A DNA stretch of 64,000 bases from an uncultured Planctomycetales bacterium (lineage in GTDB: Bacteria > Planctomycetota > Phycisphaerae > UBA1845 > PWPN01), in contig CAZPIO010000004.1 of NCBI GenBank assembly GCA_964586235.1, positions 8,402 through 72,401 of the forward strand. The letters are read 5' to 3'. Each line of letters starts with the position of its first letter. The stretch's first letter is position 1. Positions 9,048-19,000 of this stretch are shown one piece after another. The notes under the pieces are model-generated. The model was not told where the DNA came from. It was given only the letters and a program-made list of their open reading frames with translations, and ran no database searches. The position numbers and the translations under genes were made by a program.

Positions 9048-9075
9048 ATATACAGCATAACCCGCATGCATGCAA
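9047..9075 (-). promoter_or_regulatory. Sigma70-like promoter for the Hdr/Etf/Mvh operon
   Basis: Minus strand TTGCAT (9075-9070), a 17-nt spacer, then TATATT (9052-9047), within a locally AT-rich patch. Confidence 0.6.
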
Positions 9076-9211
9076 GCCAAAAGCAATAGTACGTTTTCGC
9101 CATTTAGCAGTGGATGCTTGAACCGGGTCTGAGATATATCCTCGGGGCGTGCCGGCCGGACAACCGCGGTTCCATCGAACGAGAGGCTTATACCTTGTTC
9201 CGCCCCTCGAT

Positions 9212-9548
9212 CATCGCAATTCGTGACCATGGCGTGCCTGAAGGCAAACAGGCCGGTCAACATGGATGCCCGGGCTCGGGTGCACAGACAGCAGTTCGTG
9301 TAGGCGTTGATAAAGCGGACGCCCTCACCGGCCAAACGGTCGATGTTGGGCGTCCGACAGGTCAAATTGCCGTTGCAGCCCGGCGTGTTGACGCGAAGCT
9401 GATCTACGCCAATCCAGAGAACGTTCGGGCGAGCGGCGCTGGAGGCCGTGCCGGCCGCCAACAACGCACCCGGAGACGCAAGAGGTACAAGTGCGGCGAT
9501 GACCGGCCACAGCAGCCGCCAAGCCGCCTTTGTCCTCGTCTGTCTCAA
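9212..9548 (-). pseudogene. Truncated sulfatase (N-terminal ~112 codons only)
   Basis: Signal peptide followed by RPNVLWIGVDQLR...TPNIDRLAGEGVRFINAY...CTRARASMLTG. The formylglycine motif CxPxR reads CTRAR. Similarity stops near 9212. The TTG start overlaps the upstream TGA stop. Confidence 0.85.
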
Positions 9549-10936
9549 TACTCGCGGTTTGTCTTCCGTCCGGGCATCGGCACCGGGTACTTGCCGTCCG
9601 CATCCGGCTGCAGCGGGGCGGGCGAATCCTCCGTCAGCTTGTCGAGCCCCGGCGCAAACTCGTGATCCGAGTTGAGTATCTGCTCGTAGGTGATCTCCCG
9701 CCCGGTATGAGCGGCCATGCGGCCGAGAGAGGTTACCAGGCTGGCCTCGACGCCGCGTTTCACTTCGTTGTACGGCTTGTCATTGCGGATGGCGCCTATC
9801 AGGTCGGTCCATTCATTCTGGTAGGGGCCTTCATCGCCCGGCAGGTTCTTGGATTCCCAGATCTTGTCTGCGTCTTTCATGCTCAGGCCCTTGTAGAGGC
9901 TGGAGGGGGCTCCGCAGTCGCCGCCCTTGGAGGCGATTCCCGAGCCCTTGGTGCCGTGCAGGTAACTCGCATAGGGTTCGCTGCAACCGGGTATGCACCG
10001 GCCGTCGAAGATGAACTTGGTCCCGTCGGCGTATGTGTATTCCACCCCGTAGCTGTCGAAGTTCTGGTCCACGTACGGCACGCCCTTGTCGTTGGTCTTG
10101 TAGTGGCGGCCGCCCACCCCCTGGGCCTTCACCGGCCAGGCATTCTTGATCCATCCCAGGTGATCGATGATGTGGATGTTGAAGTCGCTGAAGCCTCCGC
10201 CGCCGGACCACAGGAAGCTGTGGAAACGCTGAATCTGGTACATCAGGTGGCTGATGCCTTCGGGCTTGGGCGTGGAGGCGAAGCTGCCGATCAACCCGGC
10301 CATGCGATAGCCCCGCTGAAGTACGATGTCTCCGATCTCACCGTCATGCACGCGTTTGGCCAGTTGCTCCAAGTGCCGGCTGTGCCGGGACATCAGCCCC
10401 ACGCCCACCTTGAGGTTCTTCTTCTCCGCCGCCTCACCCAGCGCGAACATCCGCCTTGACGTGGGGCCATCCACGGTCACCGGCTTTTCCATGAAGACGT
10501 TCAGGCCCTTCTCGATCGCATAGGTGAAATGAACCCAGCGGAAGGCCGGCGGCGTGGCGAAAATGGCCACGTCGCCCGGCTTGAGACAGTCCATCGCCTT
10601 CTTGTAGGCATCGAAACCGAGGAAGCGGCGATCGGCCGGAACGTCCACCTTGTCGGCGTGTTGCTTGCTCAAACCATCGTACGAGCCCTTGAGCCGGTTC
10701 TCGAACACGTCGGCCATGGCCACCAGCTTGACAGACGCACCCTTGACGCCGAATGCGTCTCTGACCGCACCGCCGCCCCGACCACCACAGCCGATCAGGG
10801 CCAACTGGATGGTGTCGCTGCCGGCGGCGTGGACGGACGGAACGGCCGCCCCCGCCAGAGCCGATACCGCGGCAATCCGACCGGATGTCTTCAGGAATTC
10901 ACGTCGTGACGTTGTGTCTCGGGGAGTTTCGTTCAT
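9545..10936 (-). CDS. Tat-exported Gfo/Idh/MocA family oxidoreductase
   Basis: SRREFLK Tat motif, LIGCGGRG and FMEKP. The ATG at 10936 has a GGAGG RBS. Confidence 0.92.
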   Translation of the reverse strand: MNETPRDTTSRREFLKTSGRIAAVSALAGAAVPSVHAAGSDTIQLALIGCGGRGGGAVRDAFGVKGASVKLVAMADVFENRLKGSYDGLSKQHADKVDVPADRRFLGFDAYKKAMDCLKPGDVAIFATPPAFRWVHFTYAIEKGLNVFMEKPVTVDGPTSRRMFALGEAAEKKNLKVGVGLMSRHSRHLEQLAKRVHDGEIGDIVLQRGYRMAGLIGSFASTPKPEGISHLMYQIQRFHSFLWSGGGGFSDFNIHIIDHLGWIKNAWPVKAQGVGGRHYKTNDKGVPYVDQNFDSYGVEYTYADGTKFIFDGRCIPGCSEPYASYLHGTKGSGIASKGGDCGAPSSLYKGLSMKDADKIWESKNLPGDEGPYQNEWTDLIGAIRNDKPYNEVKRGVEASLVTSLGRMAAHTGREITYEQILNSDHEFAPGLDKLTEDSPAPLQPDADGKYPVPMPGRKTNREY

Positions 10937-10978
10937 GGCAGGCCTCCATAAATGAGTTAACAAACATTGACCGCCGGG

Positions 10979-11005
10979 ATTATAACCGTGGGTTCGGTGA
11001 TGCAA
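10979..11005 (-). promoter_or_regulatory. Possible sigma70 promoter for the oxidoreductase and sulfatase remnant
   Basis: A perfect TATAAT on the minus strand (10984-10979) with TTGCAT 15 nt upstream. The spacer is shorter than optimal. Confidence 0.45.
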
Positions 11006-11057
11006 TAGCGCGGAGCGCCGTGGTTGTGTTCGCGGGGTCCATGACACACTGGGGGAC

Positions 11058-11120
11058 TTGTAGGAGCGGTCTCCGACCGCGCCTTTGCTTCCGAATCGGG
11101 CTCAGAGAGCCCTCCTACAA
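11058..11120. repeat. GTAG-type REP doublet (REPIN/BIME-like)
   Basis: TTGTAGGAG...CTCCTACAA terminal inverted repeat, with internal hairpins GCGGTC-TCC-GACCGC and GGGCTC-AGA-GAGCCC. Confidence 0.8.
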
Positions 11121-11152
11121 GGATTCAGTTGCATGGTCCGCCAGGGCGGACC

Positions 11153-12646
11153 CTACAGCCTCCGCAGCAGGGCATGCGTGGCGGGGAGCAACTCGTGGTA
11201 CACCCCCAGGCGTTCCTGGTAGACCCGGTGCCGACTGGGGCAAGGCTCGAAAACGCGATCGTGCTCGACAAAGCGCGAGACGGCCTCGGCCGGGGAGGCG
11301 AACACCCCCGTTGACAATCCGGCCAGGATGGCGGCCCCGACCAGACTCGCCTCGGTGACGCGCGGACGAATGAACGGAACGCCGAAGATGTCAGCCTTGA
11401 TCTGAAGCCAGCGGTCCGACCTCGCGCCGCCGCCGGTGGCGACAAACTGGGTCGTATCGGCCCCGAGCCGGTTCAACGCCTGAATGCTCTCGACGAAGTA
11501 GAAGGTCACACCCTCCATGATGGCCTTGAGGATCTCACCCCGAGTGGTGTCAGTCCGAAGGCCCATGATGAGCCCGCGGGCATCTGAAACCAGTCGCGGG
11601 CAGACGGCTGGCTCGAAGTAGGGCAGGACCAGCAGGCGCGTCGGCTCGTCGGGCATCTCCTCGTTGAGCATCGCGTAGAGGTCCATGCCCTCGGGGGGCC
11701 GGTCGGCGGCCGCGAACGTGTCGCGGAACCATTTCACGAGCGTCCCGGCCTGGTTGAAGATGAATGAGACATAAAGGTCGGGGAGAAGGTGGTGCTCGAT
11801 GTTCAAACCGGCTTCAAGCATCCGCAGCGGATCCTCGACCTTGGAGTAAGCGGGCGTCAGGCACTCGAACGAGCCGATCCCGCAGACGGCCTGGCCCGGC
11901 GCAATCACCCCGCTGCCGAGCGCGTTGCAGCACTGATCGTGACCGCCCGCCACGACCGTCACCCCATCACGCAGGCCAAGGTCCGCGGCGGCCTGGCGGG
12001 AGATCGTTCCCAGCACCGTGCCGCCGGGAACCACGCGTCCGAGACGCCGGCGGTCGATGCCGCTCCATTGCAGAAGCGGCTCCGACCAGTCGTTCCGTGC
12101 CAGATCGAACAGCAGGGTACGGTTGGCGAGCGAGTTGCACGCGATCGGCTCGCAGCCGAGCATGAACGGGACGAGATCACCCCACAGCAGGAAGTAGTCG
12201 GCCTGCTCAAACACCGCCGGCTCATGGTCGCGCAGCCAGAGCAGCTTGGGCAGCGAATACTGTGGGCCGAGCGTGTTCGGGTTGATCGCGTAGAAGGTTC
12301 GATCGTCAAACGATTGCCGCAGGCGGTCAATGTACTCGGCCCCGCGGGCATCGATGCACAGGATGCTCGATGCGAGAATCTCGTGATGCCGGGTCACCGG
12401 GACCATCGCCTCGCCCAGCGAGCTGAAGGACACCGCCGAGACCGGGTCACCGCCTGCTGTCTGGGCAACCTGCCGGATCACACCCCGGACAGCCTGCCAT
12501 ACGGCTCGGCTGTCGAGTTCCGCAAGCCCGGGAGCCGGATGCAGCGTCTGATACTCGCGATAGGCCAACGTCAGGCAGCGCCCATCTTCCGTGAAGGCCG
12601 CGGCCTTGCATCCCGTCGTGCCGATATCCACGCCGAGCAGGCTCAC
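11153..12646 (-). CDS. FGGY family carbohydrate kinase (xylulokinase/ribulokinase-like)
   Basis: LGVDIGTTGCK, AGGHDQCC, GIGSFE and ATGGGARS motifs. The GTG start at 12646 overlaps the upstream TGA (GTGA). Confidence 0.92.
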   Translation of the reverse strand: MSLLGVDIGTTGCKAAAFTEDGRCLTLAYREYQTLHPAPGLAELDSRAVWQAVRGVIRQVAQTAGGDPVSAVSFSSLGEAMVPVTRHHEILASSILCIDARGAEYIDRLRQSFDDRTFYAINPNTLGPQYSLPKLLWLRDHEPAVFEQADYFLLWGDLVPFMLGCEPIACNSLANRTLLFDLARNDWSEPLLQWSGIDRRRLGRVVPGGTVLGTISRQAAADLGLRDGVTVVAGGHDQCCNALGSGVIAPGQAVCGIGSFECLTPAYSKVEDPLRMLEAGLNIEHHLLPDLYVSFIFNQAGTLVKWFRDTFAAADRPPEGMDLYAMLNEEMPDEPTRLLVLPYFEPAVCPRLVSDARGLIMGLRTDTTRGEILKAIMEGVTFYFVESIQALNRLGADTTQFVATGGGARSDRWLQIKADIFGVPFIRPRVTEASLVGAAILAGLSTGVFASPAEAVSRFVEHDRVFEPCPSRHRVYQERLGVYHELLPATHALLRRL

Positions 12647-14043
12647 AGGTCGATCACCTCGTATCGCAGGTAGCGGATCAACGCCTCTCGCAAGACGCAA
12701 GCGACCTTGCCGAAAGTCAGGCTGACGTGGTGGCGATACCCGCCGTATCCGATCCGTTTGAGCTTCTGCTGGAGGCCGTCGATACGGGCAACACCCGCGC
12801 AGCCGAAGAAATCCTCGGGGATCGGGTCCGCGGTGATCTCACCCTGGTCGACGTAGAAAGTCAGCCTGCCCGCGTCCGTCTTGCAGCTTGCGTAGGTCAT
12901 CGGGCTCGGTGCAATGCGCCCGACGTTGGGGCCCCAGCCGCAGCCGGCCCCGAGGGCCCTGGCGAGCATCGGATGATCGACGACCTGCCCCTTGCCGTTC
13001 ATCAGCGACTGCGGAACCGGCCCACAGTGGAACAGGATGCACTTGTCAGGCTCGTCGCCGTAGTTGTTGTTCCAGTCGAGGCAGGCGGCCGGTCCAGCCG
13101 ACGCCAGCGAAAGGGCGTACATCGCGATGGCGTTGCACACGTCCACCTCGCACGCCGCGGGGATAAGACGGTCGTTCATTTCGCTCATCAGGACACACGG
13201 TGCGACCTTGAGTTCCTGCTCGAGTTCCAGCCAGCAGCGGATGGCGAGGGCCTGGAGCGAGAATTCCTCAACGATCTCGTCGAGCACCACGCCCAATTTC
13301 GCCAGCGTGTCGAACGACTCCTCGGGAGCGCCCTTCCAGCGGGTGTACTCCCGGAGTCGCCGGGCTTTCTCCCGGCAGCGGGTATCCGCCGTGGGCAGGC
13401 TGCGCACGCGCTGAATGACCGTGCTCAGGTCAAGCGTTTCCGTGGTGATTCCGTAGCCTTGCAGGGCGAGCTCGTCGAACCGGACCGTCTTGAACGGGGT
13501 GGTGCGGGCACCGACCGCGCCGACCGCCATTCGGCGCATGCCGCTGCAGACGCGGCAGACGGCCGCGAACTCATGAAGGTGGCGGGCGAACTCCTCCGAT
13601 CGCGGGTGGACGGTGTGGGGCGCAAGAGCGGTGAACGGGATGTGGTACTGGCAGAACACGTCCATGATGGAGAGCTTGCCGCAGAAGGCGTCGCGGCGCT
13701 GCGCCGGCCCCATCTGATCGAACTGATCGGGATAGGCCTGCACGAGGATGGGCACGTGGGCGTCGTGAAGGGCGGCCACGGCGCCGTTCTCGTCCCCGAA
13801 ATTGGGCAGGCAGAGGATCACCCCGTCTAACTTGCCGCGGTTATCCTCGAGAAAACGGGCATACTTGCGTCCATCCTCGACGGATTCGACCGCTCCGTGA
13901 GCCGTGGCGGCCGCATCCATCATCAGCGGGCGATAGCCCAACTGCGTGACGCGCTCCTCCATCTCCTCCCGCGCCTTGGCGATCAGCGACTCGGGGAAGA
14001 ATCCGCGATTGCCGAAGAACAGAGCGAACGTGGCTGCTTGCAT
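12643..14043 (-). CDS. L-fucose/D-arabinose isomerase (FucI)-like protein
   Basis: NFGDE, AIRCW, AACEVDVCNAI (candidate catalytic Glu/Asp), ILFHCGP and YRHHV motifs. The ATG at 14043 has a GGAAGG RBS. Confidence 0.85.
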   Translation of the reverse strand: MQAATFALFFGNRGFFPESLIAKAREEMEERVTQLGYRPLMMDAAATAHGAVESVEDGRKYARFLEDNRGKLDGVILCLPNFGDENGAVAALHDAHVPILVQAYPDQFDQMGPAQRRDAFCGKLSIMDVFCQYHIPFTALAPHTVHPRSEEFARHLHEFAAVCRVCSGMRRMAVGAVGARTTPFKTVRFDELALQGYGITTETLDLSTVIQRVRSLPTADTRCREKARRLREYTRWKGAPEESFDTLAKLGVVLDEIVEEFSLQALAIRCWLELEQELKVAPCVLMSEMNDRLIPAACEVDVCNAIAMYALSLASAGPAACLDWNNNYGDEPDKCILFHCGPVPQSLMNGKGQVVDHPMLARALGAGCGWGPNVGRIAPSPMTYASCKTDAGRLTFYVDQGEITADPIPEDFFGCAGVARIDGLQQKLKRIGYGGYRHHVSLTFGKVACVLREALIRYLRYEVIDL

Positions 14044-14045
14044 GT

Positions 14046-15731
14046 CTAATCCTTCCAAACCTCGGTCGCCGTTCGGGCGATCCTTTCGTACACGTTTTTC
14101 GCCTCACGATACACGGCTTGAACCTCCGAGCGATCCTGCTCGGAAGCGTACCGCTTCGGCCGGTTACTGATTTCGAGAATGCGATCGATCCAGCGGATCA
14201 TATACTCGGCGTCTTTCTTGGACGCCGTTGGCTTCTTGTCAACAGTGATGTACACCGGGCTGGTGTGTGCCTGGTGCAGGCTTCCGTCGGCGCACTTGAA
14301 CAGTGCCCGGGCCGCCACCCAGCCGCTCCGCTTCGGTTCCAGCGTGCCCCAGAGGGTCGCCTCCAGCTCCGGCGATGCAGGTCGGTGGGCCAAGCGATGC
14401 TCCTTGAACACCTCCCCGTTGCTGATCAATTGCACGCACTCGATCGGCTGAATACTGCACAGGTTTGCCTGAACGCGAATCATAGGGAGCAAGGCTTCCT
14501 CGCTTTGTGAAGACCACTCGATGGTTGCCCCGCAGCCCTCGCCGTTCACCGTCAGAATCAGCATCGGCCCGGTGGTCGCGAACGTCCGCCCGGCCCGGAT
14601 GGCCTTGAGCAGGTTCGCCTCGCTGAGAGGTCCGTCCAGCTTTGCGTACGTCCGGCTGTACCCGAGCGGAACCGGCATCACTCCGATGGCCGACCCGCCC
14701 GAAGCCGCCAGCCGAAAACCGCAGTTCAGCCAGCGGTAATAGATCTCATTCGTGCGCATGAGCATCTCGCTCGTGCCCCAGTCCCTCTTCTCCTCTTCGA
14801 GATCCGTCCCGATCATCCCCCAGCCCATGCGAAACGTCTTGTCGCGGTGATAGTGGTTGTGGCACAACTGCACGCAGTCGAACAGCCCCAGGGCGGCGCC
14901 GACCACGTTCTCGGCCCACAGGCTCTTGTCCGTGTCGATCACACAGTCGGGCGAGGTCTTCTTGGCCATACGGCACAGCACAGCGTCGCACGGATAGGTG
15001 TTGTCATGCCGGGGCACATACACCGGCTTGGCCAGCCCGAACATCAGCGGCGCGCCCACCGACGTGAACGGCTCCCCGTCGCCCGGGGCGATCCGTTCGA
15101 TCTCCTCGTTGTTCAGCGTCACCAGGTGCCCGGCATCGGCGCGAACGCTTGGCCCACCGGGCCAGTCTGGCCAACCCTCGTGCCAGTCGTTCCAGTACGA
15201 GAACGCCGGCAGCCAGTTCACGTCATCGGCCAGCGCAAGCTGCTTGAGGACCCGAATGTTTTCGGCGAACCTCTCAGGCTTCAGGATGCGCCGATCCTCC
15301 AGGATGTAGTGAGCGTGCAGATCGGCAGAGTACCAACCCTCTTTTGTCATATCGACCCATCTGTGGAGGGAGATGGTCACTTCCGCAGAGCGGTCCTGTT
15401 CAACGAGGACGGTCTCGTCAACCGGGATACACTCCTTGCCCCGCTCGACGTGGATGACCACCTTGCCGGCGGGGACCTCGATGGTGAATCGTCCGTTGCA
15501 GGTGAAGCTCTTGTCCCGGTCGTAAGGCGTACACTCCGGCGTGGCCGGCTTGAACAGCCGCTTCCCGGAAGCGTCCACCCATGCCCGACACGGCAGGAGG
15601 TGGTCGCTTCCGGCCTCTCGCACGGTTGCCGAGACCGTCCCGGTTCCCGCTTGCGGCTCACCGGCTTGGACAAGAGAGCTCGGCATCTCCAGCATGATCC
15701 CGCACACCGTCAGAATCGCGATGTATCTCAT
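14046..15731 (-). CDS. Secreted CehA/McbA-type (PHP-like) metallohydrolase
   Basis: Signal peptide, Ig-like N-terminal part (VERGKE), WYSADLHAHY, CHNHYH, WLNCGFRLAASGGS and GRTFATTGP. GGAGG RBS. Confidence 0.8.
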   Translation of the reverse strand: MRYIAILTVCGIMLEMPSSLVQAGEPQAGTGTVSATVREAGSDHLLPCRAWVDASGKRLFKPATPECTPYDRDKSFTCNGRFTIEVPAGKVVIHVERGKECIPVDETVLVEQDRSAEVTISLHRWVDMTKEGWYSADLHAHYILEDRRILKPERFAENIRVLKQLALADDVNWLPAFSYWNDWHEGWPDWPGGPSVRADAGHLVTLNNEEIERIAPGDGEPFTSVGAPLMFGLAKPVYVPRHDNTYPCDAVLCRMAKKTSPDCVIDTDKSLWAENVVGAALGLFDCVQLCHNHYHRDKTFRMGWGMIGTDLEEEKRDWGTSEMLMRTNEIYYRWLNCGFRLAASGGSAIGVMPVPLGYSRTYAKLDGPLSEANLLKAIRAGRTFATTGPMLILTVNGEGCGATIEWSSQSEEALLPMIRVQANLCSIQPIECVQLISNGEVFKEHRLAHRPASPELEATLWGTLEPKRSGWVAARALFKCADGSLHQAHTSPVYITVDKKPTASKKDAEYMIRWIDRILEISNRPKRYASEQDRSEVQAVYREAKNVYERIARTATEVWKD

Positions 15732-15906
15732 AACAGCACGGTGTCCTCCACAGGGCAGGGCTTACACCCGATCCGACCGACGCCGATCCGGCCGTCATTC
15801 ACGGCATGACCGACGATGGCAGCTCCCTCTTCACACGGCAGGTATTGTAAGCGCGAAGCGGCTGACGGCGAATAGGAGAACAAGAATGGCATGGCCGAAC
15901 CGCGAA

Positions 15907-15948
15907 GGGTGGCATGGCCAAGCCCCGGCTTGCCGGGGCGCCGCCATG
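15907..15948 (+). repeat. GGGTGG-headed REP-like hairpin
   Basis: GGGTGG-CATGGC-caa-GCCCCGGC-TT-GCCGGGGC-gcc-GCCATG in the divergent intergenic region. Confidence 0.55.
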
Positions 15949-16040
15949 TCTTGAGCGCCAACGTCACAACCGGCGAGTATGAGTGTAGGTCTGCGCTCCG
16001 CCATTTGAGGTTTCAGTCTCACGAGGCTACCTTGAATCTC

Positions 16041-19000
16041 ATGATATCGATAATGACATTCGTTCAACGGTATCTGCTCCTCACATCAGGTCTGCTTGTA
16101 CCGGTGGCCCTGGCGCACGCCGGAGAACCCGCAAGCGAGCCGGGCGACTTCAACGCGGCGACCTTCGGCACGGTGAGCCTGGCCTATGCAGACGGCGCCG
16201 GGGTGAATGTGACCCCGCTTGCGGATAGTGGGGCGGTCGGCGCCGCCCCAGTGGCTGCTGGCACATCCATCCAGGTTGAATGGCGTCAACCTCGCGATGT
16301 CCATGCCGTTCGTCTGGTGTTTGCCGGTGCGGCCCTTTCGGCGGATCAGGTCGAACTGGCCTGGTGGCACCATGTCTGGCCGGACAACGGCGAGGGAGGA
16401 TGGATGAAGGTCGACGACCCGTACAACGGGCGATTCGTTGTCGCCGCGGTAAATGCAAAACCCGCCGGCCCAGACAGCCTCCTGCTTCGTCTGAAGCCCC
16501 TTGAAAAGACCGAGAATGCGAAGATCGAAGCCGTGGGTTTCGCTTATCGTCGAACCTACAAGGTCCGGGTCACTTTCCGCGCGGCGGCAAAAGTGCGCCA
16601 GATCGAGTGCCTGACCGATTCCCACTGGAAAACAGCGGAAATCAAAGTAGAGCGCCTCGGCCACACGAGCCCTGCGCGTTTCGATGCCGTCAACGCCCGC
16701 ATTATCTCGACCGAGCGGCCGAGCGAGTCAGTCGCCACGCTCAAGCTCCAATACGCCGATAATCCGCGTCGGCTCAGCCCGGACCGCGGACATGTCATCG
16801 TCCGGCAGGACGGCCAGGGCCAGGACTTCTCCTTCTTCGTCGATGACGTGCTCCGAGAGGGCATCATCTTCGTCCGCGACATCAACGCCTACATCTCGGA
16901 CGCCACGAGAAACCTGTCCCCTGCATCGTGGCGAAAGCCCGCCGACGCATGGGACGCCACGGTGATCGAAAAAGTCGCCGCAATGCCCGAGCAAACCCGC
17001 GAACGCGCGACCACCGAGATCCCCCCGAAGTGGATTCCCGTTGCTCATCTCGGCCTTCCGATTCTCCGCCAGGAGATCAGCATCAACGAACGCAGCATGG
17101 TTTACACCGAATACCTCTCGCTCCGTAGCCCCGGTCCCGACCGCGCCCGCTCACCCAACCTGACGCGGGATGAGGCCCAACGTCACTACACACTCGTCAC
17201 GCGCCGCGAGCAGCCATTCGGTCCGGCCGGGCCCAAGGTCATCAAACGCTGGCTGGAGGATGGCTACCTGCCCATCATCCATTCGCAGTGGCAGCTCGAA
17301 GATGTCGACTATCACCAGACCGTCTTGGTCACCGCTCTGGATTCCGAGGTGCTGAACGAGTCCCTGGCTCTGCCGGTTGCTCCGCTTAAGCACGTCGGCA
17401 CCAGCCCGCATGCGGCCGACTTTGGCTCCGGCCTCCGCGGCGATGAACCGGTGGCCGGCCTCGCCCGTCTGGAAATGGAGAATCGCACCCAGACTGACCA
17501 GGTTGCCGGATTCTGGCTCAAGGTCGAGCGGCGTCCACCGATGCGTATCGAACCCAACGGCCTGCTTCGGCTCGAATCGCCGACCACCGCCCCGGCCGGC
17601 CCCGATTTGATCCCGCTGTGGGGCCAGATCGACATTCGAGGCCGCGGAGACCTCTCCTACAAACGCAACTTCTTCCCCGTCGACTCGAAAGAGCCCCGCG
17701 ACGTGATCCGCTATGACGTAAAGCTGGCTCCCGGTGAGAAACATGCCATCGTCCTGAAGGTGCCCTACATCGAGCAGTTCACCGTCGCCGAGGTGGCCCA
17801 ACTCACCGCTCTCGACTGGGAGTCAACGCACGCCGAGGTCAAACGTCTGTGGAATCTCCGGCTGGCGGCCGCGATCGACAACTACCAGGTTCCAGATCAG
17901 GCCCTCATGAACCTCTACCGCGCCAACCTCTGGCACGTGCTCATCACCACCGACCGCGACCCGTCGACCGGCCTCTACCAGCACGGTGCGGGCACATACG
18001 ACTATCCCAACTACCCCAACGAGGCCATGATGGTTGCACGCTCGCTGGAAATGCGCGGCGAACACGAAGAGGCCCGCCGGATCATCGAGCCGTGCCTCAT
18101 CTCCCAGGGGACGCGTTCGCTGCCGGGCAACTTCAAGAGCAAGGAAGGCCTCCTTTACGCGGCCGCGCCGCCCGGCTTCGATCACTACACCGCCCAGGGC
18201 TACAACATGCACCACGGGTTCATCCTGTGGGCCGCCGCCGAGCATTACCTCTGGACAGGCGACAGGCAGTACCTCGATGCCGTTACGCCGAACCTTATCT
18301 CCGCGTGTGAGTGGATCACCCGCGAACGGCAGGCGACGATGAAGCTCGACCCCGACGGCAGACGGCCGTTGGAGTGGGGCCTGGCCCCGGCCGGCGATCT
18401 CGAGGACGTCGCCGAGTATCTCTACTGGTATGCGACCAATGCATACTACCACCTCGGCATGAAGACGACCGCGCGGGTCCTGGCCCAGATCAATCATCCC
18501 GAAGCCGCCCGCATCGCCGAGGATGCCCGCGAGTACGCCGCCGACATCATGGCCAGCGTGCGCGAGTCAACCGCCCGCAGCCCGGTGGTGCGGCTCTTTG
18601 ACGGCTCATACGTCCCGTACATCCCCTCGCGGGCGTATGCTCTGACCGATCGCAGCGAAGGCTGGATCCGTGAAGGCCTCTACTGCTCGCTGCACCTGCT
18701 GGATGGCGACCTGGTCCGTCCTGACGACCCGCTGGTGACCTGGATCCTCAATGTTCTGGAGGACCGTATCTTCATGAGCGCCGAATCCGGCCACGGCCCC
18801 AAGGATCGCCTGACCGATCCGAAAGCTCAGTTCTTTTCCTGGGGCGGCTTCAACAACCAGCCGAACCTGCTGGACAACTCCATCGCGTACCTGAAACGCG
18901 GCCAGATCCCGCACTTCCTCCGGGCCTTCTGGAACACCTACGCGATGAGTCTCTATCCCGACATCCAGTGTTTCGCCGAGTCGGTCTCCTTCGGCATGGG

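Noticed and set aside
15874-16040. Strong AGGAG RBS followed by ATGs at 15886 (22-aa peptide) and 15891 (track start of the 1170-aa ORF)
   Set aside because: The extension runs through a REP hairpin and precedes a clear signal peptide at 16041/16053, so it was not used as the start. A leader peptide cannot be excluded but has no support.
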